From a virus (Duplodnaviria; Caudoviricetes): a stretch of 64,000 nt of DNA. The position numbers were made by a program, and so were the translations under genes. Of this stretch, positions 1-10,881 are shown one piece after another. The notes below the pieces were generated by a model. The model was not told the DNA's origin, made no database searches, and was given only the letters and a program-made list of their open reading frames with translations. The stretch spans positions 96,001-160,000 of the IMG/VR virus record IMGVR_UViG_3300033121_000493. One strand, 5' to 3'. Every line of letters starts with the position of its first letter. Position 1 is the stretch's first letter.

Positions 1-717
1 TATAGCCGTAGGCTTGCTTTTCTCGTCGTCTAGCTTGTCACCAAATTCTTTTCTAATAGCATAATCAGTAAACTTCTCGTACGCTTTAGCGATAGCCGGT
101 TTATTAGCTTGCGTAGCGTTTGCCGCTAATAGATCTCTACCCCATATAGCTGATAACTCTTTATCTGACACGCCAAGCCCACGTAATAGTGGGTATAACG
201 CAAACTTAGACTGACCTACTTTAACGTCAAACACACCTGTCTCTGGTTCCATAAACACACGAAAGGACGGACCAGACCCAGGCATAATGTTGAAGTGCGA
301 TTCTAGTTCGCCGTTTTCTTTTTTGCGCGTATACACACCAGGTAACAGTCGTGCCTGGTGCGACAGCGTGTATTCATTACCACGGTAAATAAACGTACCG
401 CGCTGTGTCATCTGCGGTATATCAGCAATCTTTGCACGCCGCTGTTCTACTACAGAATTGTCGGCTACGTTACTTAGCCGCCACGTACCATGTAACGGTC
501 GCGTTAATGACTTACCTGTTAATATAGCCTTACGCTGTGCGGTAATAGGCGATACTTCTGTAGGATCGTCATATCCGACATCGGCTAACTCTAGTTTATA
601 TTGGCTGTTGGTTATTGGATACGCGCTAGCGTACGCATTTTTGACGTTGTCATAAATGCTACTGCGCAGATAATCCACATCATCAAAAGCATGAATAGAC
701 GGCTTACTGATATCCAC
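1..717 (-). CDS. Phage multisubunit RNA polymerase beta (RpoB-like) subunit, N-terminal part; runs off the window edge
   Basis: Not in the ORF track; translated by hand from GTG at 717 (GGAG upstream), open to base 1. ADIPQMTQRGTFIYRGNEYTLSHQARLLPGVY matches the RpoB motif IPLMTxxGTFxINGxERVxVSQLxRSPGV. Confidence 0.85.
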   Translation of the reverse strand, partial: MDISKPSIHAFDDVDYLRSSIYDNVKNAYASAYPITNSQYKLELADVGYDDPTEVSPITAQRKAILTGKSLTRPLHGTWRLSNVADNSVVEQRRAKIADIPQMTQRGTFIYRGNEYTLSHQARLLPGVYTRKKENGELESHFNIMPGSGPSFRVFMEPETGVFDVKVGQSKFALYPLLRGLGVSDKELSAIWGRDLLAANATQANKPAIAKAYEKFTDYAIRKEFGDKLDDEKSKPTAI

Positions 718-757
718 AATAGTATCTCCGTAGCTATACAGAAATAGAAGTATACAA

Positions 758-795
758 TAAAAAACCGCCGCCAGCAATATGCCAATCGGCGGTTT
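758..795 (-). terminator. Probable intrinsic terminator
   Basis: AAACCGCCG (762-770) / CGGCGGTTT (787-795) inverted repeat with a T run on the minus strand, downstream of 831..1361; the loop is long. Confidence 0.5.
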
Positions 796-830
796 GGCGA
801 CCAAACGCCAGTAAGCCCGAGTAATTTAGA

Positions 831-1361
831 CTAAGTTACGGTTACTGTGCTTTTTGACTCGATAAGCAATGTCGCTACAACATCCCGGCTCAGTTCTTGA
901 CCCACAGTAGCCGTATTGTTTGGCAATTTTTTGATGATGCCGTCGCAAAAAGCGGCTACGTTTAGACTGCCTACGGCTGAGCGAACAAGATTTTGACGAT
1001 GTGCGTGCAGGTCAACAGCGGTGCAATCTTTTAATAACTTACCGCCAACAGGCAAATTATGAATAGACAATACTTCGTTTAACTCTTCTGGCGTTAGTTT
1101 AGAAAGACTACTACCAGGACGAATAAAAAACTCTGGATCTTTAATAGAATTTTTGATGTTCGCAATGTGGTGTTCTCGCGCAAGGCTGGCGATTTTTTCA
1201 ACCGCAGGAGCCATCAAAACACGCACAATAGCTACGACTTCGTCAACGGTTCTAGCGGCAGCTAGTTTTTTTGTGACCGCTGCCTGCAGGTCAGAACGCA
1301 GTGCCACTAAATTGTGCTGGCGTACTGCAAGATCATTTGCCATTTGGCTTAGCCAGTTCAC
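831..1361 (-). CDS. Hypothetical protein
   Basis: 176-aa ORF co-oriented with its neighbours. Confidence 0.7.
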   Translation of the reverse strand: MNWLSQMANDLAVRQHNLVALRSDLQAAVTKKLAAARTVDEVVAIVRVLMAPAVEKIASLAREHHIANIKNSIKDPEFFIRPGSSLSKLTPEELNEVLSIHNLPVGGKLLKDCTAVDLHAHRQNLVRSAVGSLNVAAFCDGIIKKLPNNTATVGQELSRDVVATLLIESKSTVTVT

Positions 1362-1364
1362 TGG

Positions 1365-1598
1365 TCAGCTCACTCTTGGTGTGCCAAAAATTTTACTAAC
1401 TGTCGACTGTGGTAAATCAGTATTATTGTGTAAGAGACTAGATAGAAACGCAGGACTAACTAGTCGCGCTAAAAATTCATAGTTAGGCGGATAGGCTATA
1501 AATGACTTGTCTATAACTACAGGAGTGAGATCAGATACATCAAGATTACCGGCGATATTTGAAAATGTTCTAGCGGTCATAAGTAGTGGCATAGGCAT
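1365..1598 (-). CDS. Hypothetical protein
   Basis: 77-aa ORF with AGGAG upstream. Confidence 0.65.
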   Translation of the reverse strand: MPMPLLMTARTFSNIAGNLDVSDLTPVVIDKSFIAYPPNYEFLARLVSPAFLSSLLHNNTDLPQSTVSKIFGTPRVS

Positions 1599-1612
1599 TT
1601 TGGCTCCTAAAG

Positions 1613-2587
1613 CTACTGTAAAACATTCAATCCAGTTGCTGCAACTTTTTTAACGTGGGCAAACATATCGTATAACGTACTGTTACCAATAGGAAATCTC
1701 GTGCCTACAGAATTTACGGCATACTCCCATTTAACGGCGTCTATGTACATACTGTGGGCACCGTCGTTGCCCATGTAGTGGGTTTCTATGGTATCAGAAG
1801 TTAAAAGTTCATTTAGCCGTAATTGTTTGCCAGCCAGATTATCAAACCCTACACTCCGACACCAAGCCACCAGTCTAGCTAGATAGAAGCGCCACTTGTC
1901 AATATTGTCCATATTTGGACCTTGGCCTCTACCATATGACTTAGCGCCTAACAACAAAATATTACCATTGATACTATGCGCATCTGCGCCACCGTAAAGC
2001 GACTGCGCAAAAGAAATTACATCATTTACGTCATCAATACCAACGATACAGTGTAATACTGAATTTTTACGCAGCGTGTCTGCCATTCGTTCCATCGCGT
2101 CTGACAACAGTGCCGTACCGCCAATTGCTTTATTGTACGATAAACCTAAGCCGTGAAATAGTCCCCAAAAGTCTAATTCAGCTAATTTGTCACTGTATCT
2201 GTTTAAGTGCACAGTGTTAACAGTCAGATTAGCTATACATTTTTTATGGTGCAGTACGCGTAAGAAATCTTCTAATCCTGGATAAGCTAACGGGTTACCG
2301 CCGCCTACCGCTAATTCTATTCCAGGCGGTATGCACTTAGTCGCAAAGTCTAAAAGCCGCGTTTCGTCAGCGTGCACGCCGTTTTTAGTAGAGTCTTCGT
2401 GACAATGTGGGCACCTGGCGTCGCAAAAATCAGTAACCTTTATGTCAATTGACTCTGGAAAATCAGGTACGCCTGTTACGTCATTCTCTACTCTGCGCTT
2501 ACTACCGTCGATATATATGACAGCAGTGTATCCTGGACGAATGATACAACTAACTGGAGCGCTAAAACGATTTGGATTAGTTGTCAT
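1613..2587 (-). CDS. Radical SAM protein
   Basis: CDARCPHC (CxxxCxxC), GGGNPL, LTVN, PESIDIKVTDFC. Start moved to MTTNPN (2587). Confidence 0.9.
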   Translation of the reverse strand: MTTNPNRFSAPVSCIIRPGYTAVIYIDGSKRRVENDVTGVPDFPESIDIKVTDFCDARCPHCHEDSTKNGVHADETRLLDFATKCIPPGIELAVGGGNPLAYPGLEDFLRVLHHKKCIANLTVNTVHLNRYSDKLAELDFWGLFHGLGLSYNKAIGGTALLSDAMERMADTLRKNSVLHCIVGIDDVNDVISFAQSLYGGADAHSINGNILLLGAKSYGRGQGPNMDNIDKWRFYLARLVAWCRSVGFDNLAGKQLRLNELLTSDTIETHYMGNDGAHSMYIDAVKWEYAVNSVGTRFPIGNSTLYDMFAHVKKVAATGLNVLQ

Positions 2588-3059
2588 TGCCTGTCCGCAG
2601 CACAGAGCTAGGATTGAATATGAACTGTACCATAGCTTCAACTGACGCAAACGCCGGAGCACACGCGTCGCCTTCACCTTCGTACGACTGATGATCAATA
2701 GAACCAAATTCGTAATAGCTGTCGTCTAGCCGCATGATTTTTATCTTATGTCCTGGCTGTACTTTGCGAATAGCGCTCTTTAGTATAGTTAGCCTGCGCC
2801 GCATAGCGCCCGCTATACTCGTATTCAAAGCGTACGTCAGCGCGTAGCTTGCTTTGGTACACGCATCAGTATATTCCGCTTCTTCCCAGCCAAAATCACC
2901 AGGCCAAATCTTTATTACGCCTTGAATCGTTACAGGTAACTTATCTAGTATAGCTGCTTCTTTGTGATTAATAGATATTGAATGAGTAGAGCTACTATTA
3001 GTCTCAAACATAGCTACTCTGATTTTGCAGTATGGTTTAGCAGTTTTTCCAGTTTCCAA
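2577..3059 (-). CDS. Conserved phage protein (FETNSSSTHS motif)
   Basis: KIRVAMFETNSSSTHSISI ... GSIDHQS ... FIFNPSSVLRTGNDN, a motif set I recognise from phage proteins encoded beside radical SAM genes. Confidence 0.7.
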   Translation of the reverse strand: METGKTAKPYCKIRVAMFETNSSSTHSISINHKEAAILDKLPVTIQGVIKIWPGDFGWEEAEYTDACTKASYALTYALNTSIAGAMRRRLTILKSAIRKVQPGHKIKIMRLDDSYYEFGSIDHQSYEGEGDACAPAFASVEAMVQFIFNPSSVLRTGNDN

Positions 3060-3352
3060 TAGCCGTGAACTCCTTCCATGACAATGGCTTCGGCTTTGAC
3101 GATCGCAGACTCGTCTAGAAACTTAAACGCTATATGTAGAACTTCATGAATGATTTTAGCTAAGCGCCCTTTAGATTTAAGATGTGGCGACAGTTTGATA
3201 CGTCGCTTCGTGAAATCTACAAACGCCCAGTTATTTTTTCCTGGCGGCTCTATTGCTATACGCCACATTTTTTTGTCTAGCTTTATTTTTACTGATTTTG
3301 CTCGCTTTTTCTTTTTTGGCTGGCGAGATGCTTTCGGTTTCATTAGCGGCAC
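3014..3352 (-). CDS. Small HExxH (zincin-like) putative metallopeptidase
   Basis: RIKLSPHL ... IIHEVLHI ... DE. Confidence 0.55.
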   Translation of the reverse strand: MPLMKPKASRQPKKKKRAKSVKIKLDKKMWRIAIEPPGKNNWAFVDFTKRRIKLSPHLKSKGRLAKIIHEVLHIAFKFLDESAIVKAEAIVMEGVHGYWKLEKLLNHTAKSE

Positions 3353-3662
3353 CTACCATAAAGTAGACAGGTTTATGACACACTCTTCCAGCCGAATCTG
3401 TACTACGGCGCAAACTGCATTTCATTTTACCGTGTCGCATGAGGGGTTCAATGACGCGCTTGTATATCCACTTGTCACTGCGGTTAAACGCTCGTTGCAG
3501 CTCTACGGCCGTAAGGCCTTTTGGTTGAGCTTGGTTTAGTTTATCCAGCTCAGCTACAACATCCTCAACCGAAATAGTGGGTATTGAATTATTTACTTCG
3601 CTGGGGTTTGCTTGTCCTACGACCTCTATATCCCGCAGCGTTGGTTTTTGCAGTTTTAACAA
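3231..3662 (-). CDS. Hypothetical protein, possible winged HTH (start uncertain)
   Basis: GLTAVELQRAFNRSDKWIYKRVIEPLMRHG. Confidence 0.45.
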   Translation of the reverse strand: MLKLQKPTLRDIEVVGQANPSEVNNSIPTISVEDVVAELDKLNQAQPKGLTAVELQRAFNRSDKWIYKRVIEPLMRHGKMKCSLRRSTDSAGRVCHKPVYFMVGAANETESISPAKKEKASKISKNKARQKNVAYSNRAARKK

Positions 3663-4515
3663 CTTGTGTTACCTCTTCTGGCCCGTCTAGAACTTCAATT
3701 TCTGACCTCTCAATAGGTCTCACGAAATGTCTTGTATACAAAACACCGCTGTGGTGTAGGCGGATTAAACTACCGCCTATTTGCGGTGACGACGTACGTG
3801 CTCCGGCGATTTTATACGCGAACGGAGTCTTTAATTGCCAAGCAGGAGTAACGTATATAAACGACTCACCTTTGGCTGTAGGAACTTTGACTTCGCAATG
3901 GCGATGTCGATGAGACCGAACTGCTGCTGTAGGGATTGGTACTCCCCATCTACCACACTCATTGATTAATTCGTTTAGCTCTTTTCCGACTGCTGACGAT
4001 TCGTAGGCGTTTGATGAAACAGTACTGATGTGGTGTAAGAAATTGATATAGTGCCCGCCCAGCTGTAGCCAAAGATCGTATCGTGCATGCTGCCCAATAC
4101 TATTTGGCTTAGCGCCTAAACGCTTAGCTAGACGTTCCTCTTCAATACCACTTTTGCCTACGTGGGCTTCAGTGCCTCGTATATGGAAATACCCACTAGA
4201 TCGATCTACGATCGGGGCAAGTAATTCATAGGCTATGTTAGCTTGATCTTCTAAATTTTGAGTGATTTGAGTTGTAGAGTCGTGATGCTTGCCGTCAATA
4301 ACATCGCCGTTATGTACTAATATAAATGGCTCATCGCCTATTTCTGACGGCAACCAGGTATTCCAAAAGTAATCCCATATATCATATAACTTAGCTTGAA
4401 ATTTAGAAGGGGTGTACACACCACCTTCATCGAGCCTGACGCCGGTTGGCGGACAAATTGATAACTGGCATCCACAATGTGTGTCTGAGATAGTGACTAC
4501 ATTTGTTACGTTCAT
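3589..4515 (-). CDS. Calcineurin-like metallophosphoesterase
   Basis: SDTHCG, NGDVIDG, RGTEAH, HH, SHRH motifs. Confidence 0.85.
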   Translation of the reverse strand: MNVTNVVTISDTHCGCQLSICPPTGVRLDEGGVYTPSKFQAKLYDIWDYFWNTWLPSEIGDEPFILVHNGDVIDGKHHDSTTQITQNLEDQANIAYELLAPIVDRSSGYFHIRGTEAHVGKSGIEEERLAKRLGAKPNSIGQHARYDLWLQLGGHYINFLHHISTVSSNAYESSAVGKELNELINECGRWGVPIPTAAVRSHRHRHCEVKVPTAKGESFIYVTPAWQLKTPFAYKIAGARTSSPQIGGSLIRLHHSGVLYTRHFVRPIERSEIEVLDGPEEVTQVVKTAKTNAAGYRGRRTSKPQRSK

Positions 4516-4582
4516 TTAAAGCTACCTTATTTATCCCGACCATTCTAGCTACGTGCAGCATAAAAGCAAAACTAGTAATACG

Positions 4583-4804
4583 CTACGACTCGTTAGATTG
4601 TATGGCATTGTACACGCGACGCAATTCAGCGCTGTATTCGCTAGCCGGATACTTAGCTAGGTAGCGCGCTAGCAACAACAACACGCGTCTACGTTCTACG
4701 TCAACTCCGGCGTTAAATGAGTTTGCATGAAAACCTACAATGTTATATTCGTTTACAAGTGTATTGATTTTGTCGAGCTCTGACATATTTGGTTTGGTTG
4801 GCAT
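4583..4804 (-). CDS. Hypothetical protein
   Basis: 73-aa ORF. Confidence 0.6.
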   Translation of the reverse strand: MPTKPNMSELDKINTLVNEYNIVGFHANSFNAGVDVERRRVLLLLARYLAKYPASEYSAELRRVYNAIQSNES

Positions 4805-4884
4805 ATTAATCTGCTGTTAAAACTGCTAAGAATACATATCCCGTTAGAAACACGACAATAATGACCCATAACGCAGGACACACA

Positions 4885-5298
4885 CTATGTAATGTGGTAC
4901 GACGTTGAGATTGACGCTACAAATCGATAAGAGCGTACATCATTATACATAGCAGATATATCTGTATAGACTGGTTTATTAAGACGCCTGAACAAAGCGC
5001 ATTCTCGCTCAGCGCCGGGCGATTCATACTGCTCATAATTAAGCGGCGCATACGTTGACGCTAGGCGCAAACATCCGTCGCAACGCGGAATTATGGCTAA
5101 ATCATAATCCATCCACGATTCATATGATCTGGGAAACGCGGCATGCTGTAGATGGCTCCACAGCGGAACAATAGGTACGACTATATTGTCATTCCGTAAC
5201 TTATCGAAGAGCTCCATCTGAAATCTGACGTTAACTCCGCTGTCACCTTTTGTATACGGCGATGAAATGTACACGACCGGTCTGTCTATTTTTGTCAT
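4885..5298 (-). CDS. DUF4406 / nucleoside 2-deoxyribosyltransferase-like protein
   Basis: VYISSPYT, WMDYDLAIIPRCD, SPGAERE, KPVY. Confidence 0.75.
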   Translation of the reverse strand: MTKIDRPVVYISSPYTKGDSGVNVRFQMELFDKLRNDNIVVPIVPLWSHLQHAAFPRSYESWMDYDLAIIPRCDGCLRLASTYAPLNYEQYESPGAERECALFRRLNKPVYTDISAMYNDVRSYRFVASISTSYHIT

Positions 5299-5517
5299 CT
5301 ATATAACCTTTATATCCGCGTCACGTAGCGCGGTTTGAAGTTCAAAGTTGCTGCTGTACTTAGCCATGAAAAATTCCAGAGTAGCAAGCACAGATGAAAC
5401 GTAGTCCGAGCTTTCACCTCTACGTTCTAGGGCAAGCTTTTCACGAACAAGTAGGGCTTTACTTACACTTAGCGCTTGAGTTAGCCCAAGGCTATTCTGT
5501 TTTTGCACAGTCACCAT
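5299..5517 (-). CDS. Hypothetical protein
   Basis: 72-aa ORF abutting the downstream gene. Confidence 0.6.
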   Translation of the reverse strand: MVTVQKQNSLGLTQALSVSKALLVREKLALERRGESSDYVSSVLATLEFFMAKYSSNFELQTALRDADIKVI

Positions 5518-8500
5518 ACGTCAGTTTCGTCTTTCTTAGTACGTCCTCGAACCAATTTCGTAATGATAGCAGTGCTGTCATGTACGGATATCGCCAGAAC
5601 ATATCAACATACAGCGCGCGACCCATGTCCCATACGCCGTGTATCATTATGGTTTCACGTATGTGCACACGTGCTGTTAGGGTCAAACTATCCGTAAAAT
5701 TACTGCCAGCCATAATACAGTGTAATCCGAACCAAGCAACAGATTGCTCTGCTCTTACCTCTATCTCGTAAGATCTATTCGTAGACATGATAACCTGTAT
5801 TAGCCAAAGCGATTGCGGCTTCGCGTTTAGTCATGCGATAATTCCATACTTTCCGACGTTAGCCTTAGCAAGTCATGTAACCATTGATACAATACTCGCG
5901 TACTCCTATACCGGTCATCCGACAAGCTATAATTGATTTTTTTATAGTCAAACATCGGTATCGCGATTGTTCGCGTAGGTTGGCTAATTCTGCTAACGCC
6001 TAAGTGCGCGGCACAGAATAGCACTACACGCACTTCCCGACCGTTATATGCTTTAATGCTGTTAGCTATTTGGCTACGCGTAAAATACTCCTCACTGGCC
6101 AAGTATGTCCTCTAGATTAGCATTCAGTGCCTGTAGCGCGCTACCAGGATTTATCTGTATGCCGCACCGCTCTAGTGTTTGCACCAAATGGCTTAACTGC
6201 ACTTCAGTACCGTCATACATACATTTGGCTAGGTCTAGCAGTGCGTCAAATTCGTTAATCGACATTACCACACGCTGTGCGTTGGCTGGTGTAAGTGTAA
6301 GCGGTCTATTTTTAGCGTCAACAATAGTTTCCGTAGCCGCGTCGTAGCGTAGGGGTAAAACAAAATCGATATCCATTTTTCACCGTTGGGTTAGGCTTAG
6401 CTACAATTCAATTCTTAGAAACAGTTGCGTCATTTTACGGTACACGTAAGAATATGCCATACTTGCTTTGCGTGTGTAAGCCAAGCATGGGTAGCCGTAA
6501 GCAGAATAAAGCTGAACCATTATTTCTCGATAAACTGCTCTTGGACCAAAATGTGCCACACGCATATTTACGCTATCATATAAAAAACCATCTAACTGTA
6601 TACAAAACTCTACATCGCGAGAATATGTGCTTAATTTGCGCGTCAAAATTAACCTTTATGTTTCGGTAAAACGGATGGTATAAGACCAGCCAGGCGCAAA
6701 ACTTTTTTTAACGTACGGGTCACAAGTATATTTGGCTGCGTAGCGTAGGGTGGTCTACTAAGTAGCGACTCCTGTGAAAAGAATTTACGGTACGTATTAT
6801 GGTGTAATTTATGTCGTATTATTACGTGCCACCACACGGGACGTACAAAGTCGTGCTTGTTTACGCGAAAAATTAGACGCGATAACTCAATGTCTATGAT
6901 TGGTCTAAACGATATATCGCCGCTATGTTTACTGCGTTTGTGCATCAAGACTATACAACCCAGTCACCAGGCCACGCACGTAGCTCTTTTTTAGTTTTCG
7001 GCTGTAAATCTCTAATCATACCTTCCCATTCAAACAGGTACAGCCGAGTATATGTTAACCTACAACCTGTTTTGGTATTAACGGCTTCGTCAAAATAATC
7101 AAACGTACCGCAATCCCTAAACACGCGTACTTCAAAGTCACCAACTTTGTATTTTGCTGACATTACCTCGAAAGACAGGCGCTGAGGAAGGATATTACCT
7201 AATTTTACGTCTATAAGCGTGCGAATAAACTCAAGTAGAGTTCGCTGTATCTGTTTTGGTGACTGCTTCGAGACTCGCTTCATCGCTGGCCTGCGCTTCA
7301 ATCGGAATGACGCATATCATAAAAGTTTTGCCAGCAGGCAACCCATCTACTATATCACTACCGATATTACCTATTGTGTTATTTACTGAACGTATGACTT
7401 TAAACTCTGGGTCTATGTAGTACTTATGCGGACCTTTAAGCGCAGCTTCCAACTCATCAATCATTGGTTGAAAAATTGAATTTGTCTGTTGCCCAGCGGC
7501 GTACTTTAGATAGCTAATAGCCGTCATTACAGTTTCAACGTTTATATGGCGTGCCACGGTTCGTTTTCTCCTTTAAAGTATGGGTGTTCAATATGGCCTG
7601 CGCCACTGATAAAACCACCAACTGCAACGCACATCCAGCCAGGAACAACGCATCGCGCAGTATGTCAGTATAGGCGTATACAAACGTAGCCGTGCTACAA
7701 GCAACGTGCTTTGTTACTGGATCTCGATATAGTTCGCCGTAATGATCTGCATACAAAGCCATTGCCGTATCGCCAGCATGCGTAAGCTGTATGTAGTGCG
7801 TGGGTTCTAATAGTAAACCAAACGGCACAAATAGAATAGGACAACTTGACGCAGATATCTCTGTACGGCATAAATTGTTAAAGTTAAAAATTACTACCGC
7901 GCCTTTCACTCTACCGCCAGTTTATCGATGCTATACGTCATTGCCGCGAGTATTTGCAGATTAAAACTACGAATATCGAACTTTATGAGTGCTAAATAGA
8001 ACGCCTGATGAATGGTTGCTACACGCGTAATAGCATTAACACACACGCTATACGTTGAATAATGGCTAAGGTCATGCGAAAATACTATTTCATTAGATTG
8101 ATTTTTTTTAAACCAAAGTTTTGGGTTAGCCATTTACAGCATTCTCTTTGATTTTCCTCATTGCAGCCTCAACACTGGACACACACTCAAGGTACGCGGC
8201 ATGTAAATCTGGCTTTATTAGATCAGGCTTTAGTCTTTCTTCCATTACTTCTAGCCTATATCGTACGCTCTCTAACTCTGAAACAAAGCTATTATTAGCG
8301 TGACGAGCCATAGCAGCGTCTCTGTCGCGTCTATTGGCGTAAATTTCGATGCTAGATATTGAATAACGTTTGGAAAAAGACACGTATATATTAGACATAT
8401 CAGGAGGTGGACTAAACATACTCGGTTTTATTGGACGCGCCTCTACAGTTTTATCGTTAAGATGAGTGTGTGTTACTATCGCGGTATATGGTACAACTGC

Positions 8501-8569
8501 GCCACTGGAGTATTTGTAAAACACGTAAATTGGCATGCCTATGACTATACGCACACCATCAACAGTCAT
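5492..8569 (-). other. Run of ten short hypothetical ORFs (5492..5788, 5827..6102, 6092..6376, 6401..6646, 6649..6948, 6951..7301, 7231..7557, 7535..7909, 7906..8133, 8126..8569)
   Basis: Tightly packed, co-oriented, 75-147 aa; no recognisable domains. Confidence 0.6.
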
Positions 8570-8629
8570 AAGTTTGTTAGTAGTATTTTTACGAAGAAAA
8601 GACCGTCTAATAAGTCACCTGTAGTTTGC

Positions 8630-8665
8630 AAAAAAAAATGATTAGCTGATTAGCTAATCATTTTT
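8630..8665 (-). terminator. Intrinsic terminator (possibly bidirectional)
   Basis: AAAAATGATTAGC-6 nt-GCTAATCATTTTT with a long T run on the minus strand, just after 8689..9603. Confidence 0.75.
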
Positions 8666-8688
8666 GAGTTCATTGATACAGACCAAGA

Positions 8689-9603
8689 CTACGCACGCTT
8701 GGCACTTGCAGTCAACCTTGCGCCAGTCGATAGCTCGACAGGATCACAGTTAACAGACGTTGCCCACTGAAGTTTGCACTCACTAAACGTAGTATTGGGC
8801 GTTGTCGTTGTTGGACGCGCCCAGCCATTACTGAAGTTAATACCTTCCTGATAAATACCACGTCCGGTCTTAACAGCTTCAACCCAACAACCGTCAAAGC
8901 GCGTCCTATACACCGCACCGCGAATAAGAATATCCGCCTGCGGAGCTGCAGTACCAAACTCAGCCAAAACTTTGGAAAGTACTGGCAGTATTTCTGGTGC
9001 ACTTTGCGCAAGCGAAATATCAGTTACATCTACCTTGTTGTCGCAGTTTAGATCGCCTTGTAAAGTTACGCCGTTACCCTGGATCGTACAGTCGCGGAAA
9101 ACGGTGTCTAGAAGCTCTGCATAGCGGCCTTCGGTCTGTAGAACTACACCGTAGCCTTTGTTGTTCTGCATGTTGCAAAAATCAAATAAGATTCCGTTAT
9201 AAGTGCTATCGGCAGGTACGGTAATAGTCACACCGTTACCTTTGCTACCCCAGAACACACAGCCAAAGAACGGCGACCGCTCACCAGTACCGCGAATAAT
9301 CAGACCGTCGCCATTAGGATTTGTAAACCACACGTTTTCTATTGCCGTGTGTTGTGCCAGCTTATCCAGAACAACGCCGCCTTCCAGCGTCATATCACGA
9401 ATATAGCTACCATAGATATTAGCTGTCGTTGGATCATCTTTCATTGCGGGAAAATTGCCGGATGCGCGTACCACTGTTCTAGGACCAGACCCTTCAAACA
9501 AGCAATTATGCCGTCTGATTAATGGCGCGTTAACTACGAACGTGCCAACAGGCAACTTACAATAACCTGAATCTAACTGAGCTTGAATCTCTTGTGTTGT
9601 CAT
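8689..9603 (-). CDS. Pectin-lyase-like right-handed beta-helix protein with a dockerin-like insert
   Basis: IQAQLDSG..LPVGTFVVNAPL..LFEGSGPRTV start, beta-helix repeats, GDLNCDNKVDVTDI insert. Confidence 0.75.
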   Translation of the reverse strand: MTTQEIQAQLDSGYCKLPVGTFVVNAPLIRRHNCLFEGSGPRTVVRASGNFPAMKDDPTTANIYGSYIRDMTLEGGVVLDKLAQHTAIENVWFTNPNGDGLIIRGTGERSPFFGCVFWGSKGNGVTITVPADSTYNGILFDFCNMQNNKGYGVVLQTEGRYAELLDTVFRDCTIQGNGVTLQGDLNCDNKVDVTDISLAQSAPEILPVLSKVLAEFGTAAPQADILIRGAVYRTRFDGCWVEAVKTGRGIYQEGINFSNGWARPTTTTPNTTFSECKLQWATSVNCDPVELSTGARLTASAKRA

Positions 9604-10010
9604 GCAGAACCCCCTTTGGCGAGATTATACGTAACAACACACAGACTAAGAAATATTAACCCGTCAGGTGATCTGTAACCTAAATCTTTCGTTAATACTA
9701 ATTAGGCGGCTGTCCATGAGAGCTACCCAACGCGCAATTCTAGTGCTGTTAAAGTAAGTTATCGCCCTAGTCTGGTGGCTACCAAAATATCCTAGGCGGT
9801 CTATATACACCGCCTCAGATTCAAATTTGTGCTCGTGCCGGTATACCGTATAGCATAGATGAAATGTATAGTTAAATTCGCTTACTCGGATCGGGTAGAC
9901 TATCACGGCAGTCGTCTTGTCCACATTTTGTAAATCATCCGCATGGTAACTAGCATCCACAACGCAAAAATAATGTAATACACCATAGATATGAGCTCCG
10001 TTAAATGTAG

Positions 10011-10084
10011 TGCGACCGGTGGGATTCGAACCCACAACGACTGGTTCCTAAGACCAGCGCCTCTGCCAGTTGGGCTACGGTCAC
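10011..10084 (-). tRNA. tRNA-Leu(TAG), short variable loop
   Basis: GTGACCG/CGGTCGC acceptor, CTGGT-CTTAGGA-ACCAG anticodon arm, GTGGG-TTCGAAT-CCCAC T arm; no encoded CCA. Confidence 0.9.
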
Positions 10085-10881
10085 ATGCTTACTTGAACAC
10101 TACGCGACGATAAAGGTCACACACAATACTGTATAGGCTATCAACGACTCTGCCTGATATTGTGATTACACTAAATCCTGTCACTACATATCCACAACCC
10201 TTCATAATCATAGCCGATGTAGTAACTGGCACAAATACGCATCTATAATATTTTTTTGTCGGATCTTGACTATTCGAGCTAAAACAAGCGCAGCGGTACG
10301 TTTTATCCGTTATGTAGAAATACACACAAAGAGACTTTGCGGGCTGCTGTAGTAACATCACATTTGTGATTGTTCTAGTATTATACGTGCAAAAACTGTA
10401 CTATGAATTATACGCAACCTTATGTAGTTACGATAATTAGCGATCACACGTGCATGAATATCTTTGTTGTATCGTGTGGTAACAAAACACCAAATTAATC
10501 CAGGCAAAAAATATACAGAAATGGCTAGCCTCCAACCAAGTGGCAATATGTAAATCCTAGCGCAAACCACACCCACGCTAGAACCAATACAGCGATTCCG
10601 TCTCGCGGCTTAGACACGTGCCACTTATCTACCACATAAGCAAATGTAATAATAGCCATTACGATGACAAGGACACGCGTCACATCTGCCACGCTGAGTT
10701 TCCTCGCTATTAGCGGTAATCGCGGTTTGGTTTATGGGCAACGTGCTTTAGCTCTGTTATTTTTACGAAAGTTAACCGTGTTCCCTTCATCTTGGCTACA
10801 GTGTGAATTGTCCAGTCAGGTTCCCATAGACATACCAGCGTATTACCGCGCCACTCCCCTATGCGTTTAGTTGTAGCCGGT

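Noticed and set aside
9664-10035. ORF start at 10035
   Set aside because: The first codons (MGSNPTGRT) are the T arm of tRNA-Leu; any real gene starts further downstream.
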